Positions 33,683 through 42,404 of a stretch of DNA of 64,000 nucleotides are shown piece by piece. A program made the position numbers and the translations under genes. Position 1 is the first letter of the stretch. Each line of letters begins with the position of its first letter. Below the pieces are notes generated by a model, which worked only from the letters and a program-made list of their open reading frames with translations, did no database searches and was not told the origin of the DNA. The stretch is from an uncultured Planctomycetota bacterium. Lineage in GTDB: Bacteria; Planctomycetota; Planctomycetia; Isosphaerales; Isosphaeraceae. The stretch is taken from the NCBI GenBank assembly GCA_963737655.1, contig CAVTTN010000002.1, positions 6,240,001 to 6,304,000 on the forward strand. The letters are read 5' to 3'.

Positions 33683-34786
33683 TCATGCTCCGACCAATGG
33701 CTGGAACAACGCCAGATGCCGCCTCGCCACGGCCGAGATCGAGAACTCGTCGATCACCCGACGCCGGGCGGCCTCGGCCATCCTTCGGAGGGCCTCGGGC
33801 TCGCTCCAGCCGTCGAGGATCGCGAGCGCGAGGCCCTCGGGCTGGTCCGGAGGGACGAGACGGCCGTGGAGTCGGTCCGCCAGGATTCCCCGGTTGCCGG
33901 GGATGTCCGTCGCCAGGCTGGGGATGCCCAACGCCATCGCTTCGAGCAAGGCGATGCTCATCCCCTCCTCGCGAGAGGGCAGGACGAACAGATCGGATTC
34001 GCGGAGGAGGGCCGTCGGGTCGGGATGGGCGCCGATCAACTTGACCGATCCGCCGATTCCCAGGCTGGAGATCCGCGATTCCAGCCGCGGACGCTCGGGC
34101 CCCTCGCCGATGAGCGTCAATCGAGCCGTGGGAAGGGCCTTCAGGACGATCGGCCAGGCGTCGAGGAGCCCATCCAGCCCCTTCTCGGGCGCGAGCCGGC
34201 CGACGAACGCGGCCCTGGGCGAATCGAGCCAACCCGGGCGCGGCGACCAGGGCGTTTCGGGGATCGGGACGCCGTTGGGGATGTCGTGGATTCTTCGGGG
34301 ATCATAGCCGGCCGAGAGCAATTCGGCCCGGATCGCCGGGGAGATCGCCACCACGGCGTCGGCCCGGAGGCATCGTCGGGCGATCGTCCGACCGAACCGG
34401 CCCCAGTTCTGCCAGGCGATGTCGCCGGTGGCCCCGGCCCCCTCGGGCCTCAGGACCACGGGGAACCCCAGCCTTCGGGCCGCCCCGATCGCCGCGAAGG
34501 CGTCGTGCTTGAGCATCGACACATACGCCAGATCCACCCGGTTTCGGGCGAACCAGCGGTCGAGGTTCCTCAAATAGAGCCAGGTCCCGACGAACCGGGC
34601 CCGGGAGCTTGGCAGGCGGACCACCGGCACCTCGGACGGCGGCGGGACTTCGTTGCCGATCAGGTCGGAGGTCACGACCGTGACCTCGGCCCCTTCGTCC
34701 TGGAGGGCCGGGGCGAGGTAGCTGAGGACTCGCTCGGCCCCCCCGATCGACGGCGGATACCGGCGGGTGACCAGGGCGATCCTCAC
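33683..34786 (-). CDS. Glycosyltransferase family 4
   Basis: PPSIGGAE, IPNGV, VGRLAPEKG, EGMSIALLEAMALG; overlaps the hpt stop. Confidence 0.93.
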   Translation of the reverse strand: MRIALVTRRYPPSIGGAERVLSYLAPALQDEGAEVTVVTSDLIGNEVPPPSEVPVVRLPSSRARFVGTWLYLRNLDRWFARNRVDLAYVSMLKHDAFAAIGAARRLGFPVVLRPEGAGATGDIAWQNWGRFGRTIARRCLRADAVVAISPAIRAELLSAGYDPRRIHDIPNGVPIPETPWSPRPGWLDSPRAAFVGRLAPEKGLDGLLDAWPIVLKALPTARLTLIGEGPERPRLESRISSLGIGGSVKLIGAHPDPTALLRESDLFVLPSREEGMSIALLEAMALGIPSLATDIPGNRGILADRLHGRLVPPDQPEGLALAILDGWSEPEALRRMAEAARRRVIDEFSISAVARRHLALFQPLVGA

Positions 34787-35292
34787 CCTTCCAGGACCCC
34801 GACATACGGCAGGTGCCGGTAATCGTCGTCGAAGTCCAGGCCGTAGCCGACCACGAACTTGTCGGGGATCGTGAACCCGCAGTAATCGGGCTCGATCTCG
34901 ACTTCCTGCCGGCCGACCTTGCGGAGCAACACGGCCGTGCGGACGGAGTGGGCGCCTCGGTCCTTCATCCGATCGACCAGGGTGGCCAGGGTCCGGCCGG
35001 TGTCGAGGATGTCGTCGAGCAACAGGACGTCCCGGCCGGTGACGTCGGGGGCGAACGCCTCGTTGATCAGCAGGGCCCCGGCGGTCGTGGTCGCCCCCTT
35101 GTAGCTGCTGGCCTGGAGCAGGGCGACCCTCAGGGGCAGGCCGATCCGGCGGATCAGGTCGGCCAGGACGATCAGGCTGCCGGTCAGGACGGCCACGATC
35201 GTCAGGGGCTTGCCCTGATAATCGGCCTCGATCTGGCGGCCAAGCTCGGCGATCCGGTCTCGGATCGCGTCCTCGGGAATCAACACCTGCAC
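34783..35292 (-). CDS. hpt: Hypoxanthine phosphoribosyltransferase
   Basis: VLLLDDILDTGRTL (PRPP loop), FVVGYGLDFDDDYRHLPY. Confidence 0.96.
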   Translation of the reverse strand: MQVLIPEDAIRDRIAELGRQIEADYQGKPLTIVAVLTGSLIVLADLIRRIGLPLRVALLQASSYKGATTTAGALLINEAFAPDVTGRDVLLLDDILDTGRTLATLVDRMKDRGAHSVRTAVLLRKVGRQEVEIEPDYCGFTIPDKFVVGYGLDFDDDYRHLPYVGVLEG

Positions 35293-35322
35293 GGCGGGGG
35301 CCCTCTCCTCCGAGAAGGCCCC

Positions 35323-35351
35323 ATCATGCCGGTTCGGCCGGTCGTGTGCAA
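35323..35351 (-). promoter_or_regulatory. Putative sigma-70 promoter for hpt
   Basis: Minus strand TTGCAC-N17-CATGAT, 30 nt upstream of the start. Confidence 0.35.
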
Positions 35352-35364
35352 CCGGCCGGGTCGA

Positions 35365-36018
35365 TCACGCCCGGGCCCGCGTCCGGTGGCGGACCTTGAG
35401 CAGCCCGAGGCCGGCGGCGGCCGACCAGAGGACGATCGTGGTCGGTTCCGGGACGTTCGGCGAGCCGCCCGATCCCGGGTCGCCGGGCGGGACGCTCGGC
35501 TGGTCCGGCACCGGGTCGTTCAGCCCGGCGGTCAGGGAGACGAGGCGGACGGCCCCCTGGAAGGCCGGGTCGAGCGTGACCGAGAAATGCAGGTGGCCGC
35601 CCGCGTCCCAGAACCGCGGCGCCTCGCCGTTGGGGCCCGAGACCGGGACGAACGTGATCCCTCCGGAGGAATCCATGACCTGCTTCTGCCCGAACAGGAG
35701 CCGGAGCCCCTCGGCGTTGGTCCCGCTGCCCAGGGCCACGGAGAAGTTCGCCGGGTCGAAGCCGTCGGAGCCGTTGGTGATGATGGTCACGGGGCTTCCG
35801 GTCTGGGGCAGGCCGGTGGCCGGGTCGGTCCCGAGCAGCGGCGGGACGATCGAGCCGGCGGGCAAGACGGCGAAATCGGCCCGGGAGACGGGCCCGCCGG
35901 TCGTGTTGGTCAGGGTGAAGCTCTCGGTCACCGGGTCGGCCAGGGCCGTCGGCGAGGAGGCGGCCAGGCTGATCCCCAGCGCGGCCAGGGCGATCCCGAT
36001 CGGCAGACGTCGTGTCAC
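35365..36018 (-). CDS. PEP-CTERM sorting-domain surface protein
   Basis: Signal peptide; C-terminal VPEPTTIVLWSAAAGLGLLKVRHRTRAR. Confidence 0.88.
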   Translation of the reverse strand: MTRRLPIGIALAALGISLAASSPTALADPVTESFTLTNTTGGPVSRADFAVLPAGSIVPPLLGTDPATGLPQTGSPVTIITNGSDGFDPANFSVALGSGTNAEGLRLLFGQKQVMDSSGGITFVPVSGPNGEAPRFWDAGGHLHFSVTLDPAFQGAVRLVSLTAGLNDPVPDQPSVPPGDPGSGGSPNVPEPTTIVLWSAAAGLGLLKVRHRTRARA

Positions 36019-36514
36019 GGCGCGACTCCCTCCATCCCTGAAGGCGGACCTCTCCCCCGAACCCGCGGTCGGCCCGATCCGGCGGTCGTCTCAGAGGGGG
36101 AAGATCACGAGGGAGGAGGCCGGGCCGTCTGCGGTTCGGGCGGGTCTTGGCCCCGAATTCGGCCGCATTGTGCGGCGGCGTCGGTCGGGGGTCAAGCCGA
36201 ACTTGAGCTTTTCCGGCGATTCTCCCCCGGCGGATCCGAGCTACGCAGTCGAGGAGAAGCCAGGGGCCTTCGGCAACCGCAGATCACGCAGGTTTCTGAA
36301 GCAAGAATTCAACCTGCCTAATCTGCGTGAGCTGTGGTTACCCAAGGCTTTTCCGGGATTTGTTCTCTCGATCGCAGTGCCTAAATCCTACGACAAACCA
36401 TTCGCGGCGAGGCCGATGTGACTTGGACCGGCGATCCGGTTAGAATCCGATAAGCTCGCGTCTTCCTCCCCACTCCTCAGGGCACCCGAACACCCTCCCC
36501 GAGAGGCTTGGCTG

Positions 36515-36937
36515 ATGGCCGACCGCGAAAGCCTGAATGCCTTCGGAACGTATCTCGACACCCTCCGTCGCCTTGAGGCGGGATCGAGCGACGCCTTCGT
36601 GGTGGAAGAACAACAAGCCGGTCCGGTTGGGCCGTCGGCGTCGGCCCGGGCCGCAGCCGCGAGAGTCCGATCCGAAGAGGCTGTTCGGAGGGCTCTCCAC
36701 GGTCGGGCGGTCGTCCAGGATCCGGAGGGCCTCCTCCTCGACGTCCTGACCGAGAGAGGGCCCATGTCGCTGCCAGACCTCGTCCGGCCATTGGGAGGCC
36801 CGCTGAAGACCCTCCTCCGCGCCTTGGAGCGCCTCGAACATTTCGGCCTGATCGCTCGCGAAGGTCCGGAGGGCGCCGAAGTTTTTCGGATCACGGATTC
36901 GGGCCGGAAGGCCAGAGAGGCGAAGGAGATCGGATGA
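36515..36937 (+). CDS. Hypothetical protein with C-terminal winged helix-turn-helix
   Basis: LLDVLTERGPMSLPDLV..TLLRALERLEHFGLI..FRITDSGR; GAGG RBS; ATGA overlap with the next gene. Confidence 0.7.
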   Translation: MADRESLNAFGTYLDTLRRLEAGSSDAFVVEEQQAGPVGPSASARAAAARVRSEEAVRRALHGRAVVQDPEGLLLDVLTERGPMSLPDLVRPLGGPLKTLLRALERLEHFGLIAREGPEGAEVFRITDSGRKAREAKEIG

Positions 36938-37626
36938 GTCTAGCGATCTCCTCTATCGACTTCGCCGCGGCCGGGGCGCTGGGGGCAAGCGTGGGAGTCG
37001 GGGAACTCGTGAGCCGGTATCGGGACGAGCCGTGGCGCGTCCTCTTTCTGCGGCCTTCCTTGATTTATCTCTCACGGAACTCGGCCATTTCGTGCCTGGC
37101 GCTCGCTCTGATCTTCGTCTACGGATGGACCTCCGACGCCCCGAAGCCGGCGGCGCCCACCTCGGAAATGGCCGCTCGATGGACCCGGGCCCTGGTCGCC
37201 GGTCTGGGAGCGATGGCCTTCTTTCGCAGCGCCCTGTTTACCTTGAGGAGGGACGGCCGAGACGTGGGGGTCGGCCCGGTCATGGTCTTTCAGTCCGTGC
37301 TCTCGGGCGTGGATGCGGCCATCGATCGCCGCCGGGGCGAGTCGCGGGATGCCCTGGTCCGTCGGGTGATGGCGGGGATTTCGTTCGAGAAGGCCCAGGA
37401 AATCCTCCCCGCCTATTGCCTGGAACTCCTCCAGCATCTCCCGGAGGACGACCAGAAGACGCTCGCCCAGCCGGTGGCGGGAATCCGCCGGATGAAGCAG
37501 GACGACGAGGCCAAGGCCCAGCTCCTCGGGCTGGTCCCGGTCAACGTGGTCGGGGAGGCGCTCCTGTCCCGGGCCGTCGATTCGCTCTCCGGGAAGCTCC
37601 GGGCGGTCGCACCCTCTTCGCCCTGA
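36934..37626 (+). CDS. Uncharacterised membrane protein (about 3 N-terminal TM segments plus helical C-terminal domain)
   Basis: GALGASVGVGELVSRYRDEP, AISCLALALIFVYGW, LVAGLGAMAFFRS; translationally coupled to the upstream gene. Confidence 0.7.
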   Translation: MSLAISSIDFAAAGALGASVGVGELVSRYRDEPWRVLFLRPSLIYLSRNSAISCLALALIFVYGWTSDAPKPAAPTSEMAARWTRALVAGLGAMAFFRSALFTLRRDGRDVGVGPVMVFQSVLSGVDAAIDRRRGESRDALVRRVMAGISFEKAQEILPAYCLELLQHLPEDDQKTLAQPVAGIRRMKQDDEAKAQLLGLVPVNVVGEALLSRAVDSLSGKLRAVAPSSP

Positions 37627-37752
37627 GACGGGGTCCAAGGAAGCGGTCCGGGATCGATTCCCGGACCGGGCCCGAATAGGATGGACGTCGCGGGCGTCTC
37701 TCCTTGTGGCGCAGGCGATTGGCGCGGAGCAGGCGGAGGGGGTAGTCCGCGG

Positions 37753-38334
37753 ATGCCCGAGGCTTTGGCCGGCGTGCTCACGCCCGATGAAGTTCTGGTC
37801 GATCGGGCCCGGGAGGGAGACGCCTCCGCCCGGGAAGAACTCTTCCGGAGGCATTTCGGCGTGGCCCACCGCGTGGCCTATCGGCTCCTGGGCCACCAGC
37901 ACGACGCCGAGGACGCGGTCCAGGAAGGTTACGTCAAGGCCCTCAAGCACCTCAACGACTTCGACGGCCGATCCGGCTTCCGCACCTGGCTGCTTCGGAT
38001 CGTGACCAACTCCGCCCTGGACTCGGGCCGAAAGAAACGGAGACGACCGACGATCCGCATCGACGAGGCCGAGACCGGAGGGGCCGAGGCCGCCTCTTAC
38101 GACGACCCGGCCCTCGGGCTCCATCGCGACGACCTCCGACGCCTCCTCGACACCGCCCTGGGACGCCTCAGCGAATCGACCCGGACGACTTTCGTCCTCT
38201 TCGCCGAGGCCGAGATGAGCTACAAGGACATCGCCGCGGTCCAGGATCTGCCGGTCGGAACCGTGATGAGCCGCCTGCACTACGCCCGACAGAAGTTGCA
38301 GGGGTATCTCGACGGGGTTGATGGGATCGGGTGA
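37753..38334 (+). CDS. ECF sigma-70 factor (canonical)
   Basis: DAEDAVQE, FRTWLLRIVTN, MSYKDIA..VGTVMSRLHYAR; start codon uncertain (37681 or 37753). Confidence 0.93.
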   Translation: MPEALAGVLTPDEVLVDRAREGDASAREELFRRHFGVAHRVAYRLLGHQHDAEDAVQEGYVKALKHLNDFDGRSGFRTWLLRIVTNSALDSGRKKRRRPTIRIDEAETGGAEAASYDDPALGLHRDDLRRLLDTALGRLSESTRTTFVLFAEAEMSYKDIAAVQDLPVGTVMSRLHYARQKLQGYLDGVDGIG

Positions 38335-38401
38335 ATTTCGGACACTTTGGGACGAATCGTCCGTAGAACGTTCGGACTGGGAATTCGAGAGGGGGCCGGC
38401 C

Positions 38402-38929
38402 ATGCGATGCGATGAGGTGAAGCGCGAGCTTTCCGCCCCGGGCGGCGGTCCCGATCGCCCGGCGATGGCCGCTCACCTGTCCGGCTGCCCGTCGTGCGCG
38501 GATTGGTCCGAATCGGTCCGCCACCTGGACCGGATCTGGGCGGCCTCCCGGCCTCCCGAACCCCCGCCCGGGGCGTTCGAGGCGGTCTGGTCGCGCGTGA
38601 CGGCCGAGGTCGAGGCCGGACAGGCCGTGGGGGCCGACGTGATCCCGTTCTCCGGGATCTCCCGGCGGAAGCGGTGGCTCCTGGCGACGGTGGCCGTGGC
38701 CCAGGCGGCGGCGATCGTCCTCGGGGCGTTCGCCCTGCCCCTGGCCCAGCCGCATCGGGCGTCCGCCCAGATCCCGACCTATGCGATCGAGGAAGGGACG
38801 ACGCTGATCGTCAAGCTCAACGGCCGGAACGAGCCGGTGGTCCTGATCCGCCCCGAGAAGACGGCCTCGGACACCGACACGGTCTCCGTCGAGCTCGACG
38901 TCCTGAACTTCATGGAATCGGTCGAGTGA
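38402..38929 (+). CDS. Zinc-binding (ZAS) membrane anti-sigma factor
   Basis: MRC...HLSGCPSC (HxxxCxxC), one TM helix, directly after the ECF gene. Confidence 0.85.
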   Translation: MRCDEVKRELSAPGGGPDRPAMAAHLSGCPSCADWSESVRHLDRIWAASRPPEPPPGAFEAVWSRVTAEVEAGQAVGADVIPFSGISRRKRWLLATVAVAQAAAIVLGAFALPLAQPHRASAQIPTYAIEEGTTLIVKLNGRNEPVVLIRPEKTASDTDTVSVELDVLNFMESVE

Positions 38930-39435
38930 CCCCCGCGGCCCCCCTGCCCCACTTCCGATCGTCCCGACGGGCCGCGCTCGGGCTGTTCCTCCTCCTGATC
39001 GGGGCGTCCTCGGCCTCCGCCCAGGGGACGCCCCGCCGGCCGACGCCTCGCCCGGCCCCGTCTCGCCAGGTCACGCTCTTCGGGATCGTCGCCACCCCGG
39101 GCGGCGACTCGATCGACCCGAGGCTCACCAAGATCGAGCCCCAGCTCCGCCGCCTCTTCCCCAACCACAGCTTCAAGCTCCTGGGGGTCGAGAGCAAACG
39201 GCTGACCGCCGGCCGGGGGATGACCTGCGAGCTGGGCGACACCGGGTTCGTCGCCGGGACCGAGCTGCTCCAGGTGCTGGACCCCGATGGGAACGTCCAG
39301 TTCAAGTTCGCCCTGGACCTCAACGGGCAGACCGAGTTCACCACGATCGTCAAGAGCCCGCCCAACCAGCTCTTCTTTTGCGACAAGATGCTCACCGACG
39401 GCTCGCGTCTCCTGATCGGCCTGGGAGGGCGGTGA
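38926..39435 (+). CDS. Exported hypothetical protein of the ECF operon
   Basis: GTGA overlap with the anti-sigma stop; signal peptide ending ASA-Q. Confidence 0.7.
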   Translation: MTPAAPLPHFRSSRRAALGLFLLLIGASSASAQGTPRRPTPRPAPSRQVTLFGIVATPGGDSIDPRLTKIEPQLRRLFPNHSFKLLGVESKRLTAGRGMTCELGDTGFVAGTELLQVLDPDGNVQFKFALDLNGQTEFTTIVKSPPNQLFFCDKMLTDGSRLLIGLGGR

Positions 39436-39496
39436 GCCCGTCCTCAGCGGCGGTCGGCCACCTCCGTGAGACCGTCCGATCGACCGGGGCCTCGTC

Positions 39497-39727
39497 ATGA
39501 GTGAACGCATCGCCGTGGGTCCGCACGTCCACTTCGGCAAACCGTGCCTGGCCGGAACCCGAATCCCCGTGCAGAACGTCCTGGAACTGGTCCGGGAAGG
39601 GGCGTCCTCCGAGACGATCCGCCGCGACTATTATCCCGAGCTGACCGTCGAAGACGTCAAGGCGTGCGTGCAGTTCGCCATCGACGTGATCGCCCTGGAA
39701 GAGATCCGCCTGGCGGAGACGGCGTGA
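39497..39727 (+). CDS. DUF433 protein (putative antitoxin)
   Basis: FGKPCLAGTRIPV..YPELTVEDVKAC. Confidence 0.92.
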   Translation: MSERIAVGPHVHFGKPCLAGTRIPVQNVLELVREGASSETIRRDYYPELTVEDVKACVQFAIDVIALEEIRLAETA

Positions 39728-40121
39728 GGTTCCTGATCGATCAGGACGTCTACACCCTGACCGTCCGGTTCCTCCGCGGATCGGCCCATGACGTGGTGAC
39801 CGCCGCCGACCGGGAGATGTCCCGGGGCGCCGACGCCGATCTGCTCAGGGCCGCCCAGGATGAGGGGCGACTCTTCGTCACGCGCGACCGGGATTCTGGG
39901 GCGCTGGTGTTCTTACAATCGCTCGGGGCGGGTGTCCCGTACCTGAGGGTGACGCCCTCGACCCTGGACGCCGTCCACGCCGAGCTGGAGCGTGTGCCGA
40001 CGCTCTACACGGAGGAGGACCTCCGGGCGCGTTCCTCGTCATCGAACCCGGGCGGCACCGGGTCCGGCCCGCAGTCGCCCGAGGCGACCAGCGGACCGAC
40101 TCGGTGGACGTCGTGACGTAA
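39724..40121 (+). CDS. DUF5615 PIN-like putative toxin, frameshift near 40026
   Basis: RFLIDQDV, HDV, DADLL, FVTRDRD; the expected C-terminus AFLVIEPGRHRVR lies in the shifted frame. Confidence 0.82.
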
Positions 40122-40730
40122 CAAAACGAATCGGCCGCCGACCGGCACGAGCGGGCCTCGCCGAACGAGGTCCGATGCACGGTCGGCGGCCGATCGCGAC
40201 GTTCGAGCGCCCTGGCGGGCCGGGGGAGGGCCGGTGACCCGGCGGTCCCTCGCCGTGACCCCCGGTCACGGTCTCCAACGGCTTCGGGGGATTTTCGAGA
40301 GTCGGCCCGATCCCTTGGCCCGGGCCCGCGAGGGCAAGCCCATCCCTGGACCCGCCGGAGGCGCGGAACCCGATCGGCCATCCCTGGCCGTGCCGGTCAT
40401 TCCACCGACACCCTGGGAATCGGCATTCCGACCGTCCGCCTTCAGCCGATTTCCCGCTGCGCGGGCCGGGAGACGCATTGAAACCTTCGGCCATCCCCCA
40501 TTCCACGAAGACTGCCGACTTCACTCGAACAACCAGGCTTTCGCAAGTCTCCCTCCCACCGCAGCCGACCAATTCTTGGGGGACGTCCCTCTCGGGATGT
40601 CGGCTCGATCGGATCGGATCGGGCGATCAGGCCGCGTTGACGGGGGGACGGCGATGGGCTATGGTTCGGCCCCGACCCGCCCGGACCGGGTCTCGATGGA
40701 TTCCGCCGGTCGAGCAAGGAGGTGGTCCCG

Positions 40731-41751
40731 GTGATCGCGATCCCCCCTCCCCTGGAGGCCGAGGCCGACGCCCTGGCGTTCGCGAGGAACGTCCTGAGGG
40801 TCGAGGCCGGGGCCATCGTCCGCGTCGGCGACCGGCTTGACGGCGCGATCGCCCGGGCGGCCCTGATGATCTTCCAGGGCCGGGGCTCGGTGATCGTGAC
40901 CGGGATGGGCAAGGCGGGGCTTGTGGGCCAGAAGCTCGCCGCAACGTTCTCCTCCACCGGGACTTCCGCTTCCCCGCTCCACCCCGCCGAGGCGGTCCAC
41001 GGCGACCTCGGCCGGATTCGCCGCGGTGACGTGGTCCTGGCCCTCTCGCAGAGCGGGGAGACCGAGGAAGTGGTCCGGCTCCTGCCGGCGATCCGGCGGA
41101 TCGGGGCCCCTCTGGTGGCGATCACCGAATCGACCACGAGCACCCTGGGCCGCCAGGCCGCCGTCTGCATCGTCCTGGGGCCGATCGATGAGGCGTGCCC
41201 TCTCGGGCTCGGCGCCCTCGGCCTCGACCACCGCGATGATGGCCGTGGGCGATGCCCTGGCCTTGCTGGTCAGCCGGATGCGCGACTTCCGGGCCGAGGA
41301 TTTCGCCCTGGTCCACCCGGCCGGGAACCTCGGACGGAAGCTCCGCCGGGTCGAGGACGTGATGAGGACCGGCCGGCATCTCCGGCTGGCGGCCCCGGGC
41401 GAGACGGTCCGTGAGGTCCTCGTCCGATTGGGCGGGGCCCGGAGGCGGTCGGGGGCGATCCTGGTCGTCGAGGCCGACGGCCGCCTGGCCGGGATCTTCA
41501 CCGATAGCGACCTCGCCCGCCTGTTCGAGACCCGCCGCGAGGCGATGCTCGACCGGCCGATCGGCGACGTGATGACGGCTCGGCCCGTGATGGTGGTCGA
41601 GGGATCGACCGTCGGCGAGGCCGTGGAGGCGCTGAGGAGCCGGAAGCTCTCCGAGCTGCCGGTCGTCGATCGCCGAGGAGGGCTGGTCGGCCTGGTCGAC
41701 GTGACCGACCTGATCGGCCTGGACCCGCTCGACCTGGAGGAGCCGGCCTGA
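40731..41751 (+). CDS. kdsD: Arabinose-5-phosphate isomerase (KpsF/GutQ, SIS plus CBS), frameshift near 41211
   Basis: TGMGKAG, HPAEAVHGDLG, SQSGET, EACPLGL|APSASTTAM, HPAGNLG, CBS pair. Confidence 0.93.
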
Positions 41752-42280
41752 TGCCCGATTCCGACGACCTGGCCGGTCGCCTCCGAGCCGTCGAGTGGCT
41801 CGTCCTGGACGTCGATGGCGTCCTGACCGACGGCACGATCGCCGTGGATGACCTCGGCGTCGAGACCAAGCATTTCCACGTCCGCGACGGCGCCGGGATC
41901 GCCCTGTGGCGGAAGGCCGGGCGGAAGGTGGCGATCCTCTCGGGCCGGTCGGCGAGGTGCGTCGAGCATCGGGCGGCCGAGCTCGGGATCTCGCCGGTGA
42001 TCCAGGGGGCGTCGAGCAAGATCGCGCCGTTCCGGGCGTTCCTAAAGGAGCACGAGGTGACGGCCGACCGGGTGGCGTTCATGGGGGACGACCTCGCGGA
42101 CCTGCCCGTCCTGGCCGAGGCGGGCCTGGCGGCGTGCCCCGGCGACGCGGTCGAGGAAGTCCGCCAGGTCGCTCACTTCGTCGCCAGGGAACGGGGGGGC
42201 GGGGCGCGGTCCGCGAGCTGGTCGAGGCGATGTTGAAGGCTCGGGGGGAATGGGATGGAGCGGTCGCGGGGTTCGGGTGA
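41751..42280 (+). CDS. kdsC: KDO-8-phosphate phosphatase (HAD), frameshift in the G7 run at 42193-42199
   Basis: LDVDGVLTDG, FHVRDG, MGDDLAD; GGRGAVRE is restored by one extra G. Confidence 0.92.
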
Positions 42281-42404
42281 AGTTTTCCGGGTTCAAAGAC
42301 GTTCAAAATCTTGTCAATCTGACATGACGCGATGACGGGCATACCGGCTGCATGTCGGCGGTGAGCGGGCGATCGGGGCGGGGCCTCTAACACCGGACGC
42401 GGAC

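Noticed and set aside
40122..40720. 600-bp gap upstream of kdsD as an ncRNA or ORF
   Set aside because: Only short hairpins and unconvincing ORFs; no recognisable RNA family.
42193..42199. G7 tract in kdsC as a phase-variation switch
   Set aside because: Short tract in a housekeeping gene amid many similar indels; sequencing error is more parsimonious.
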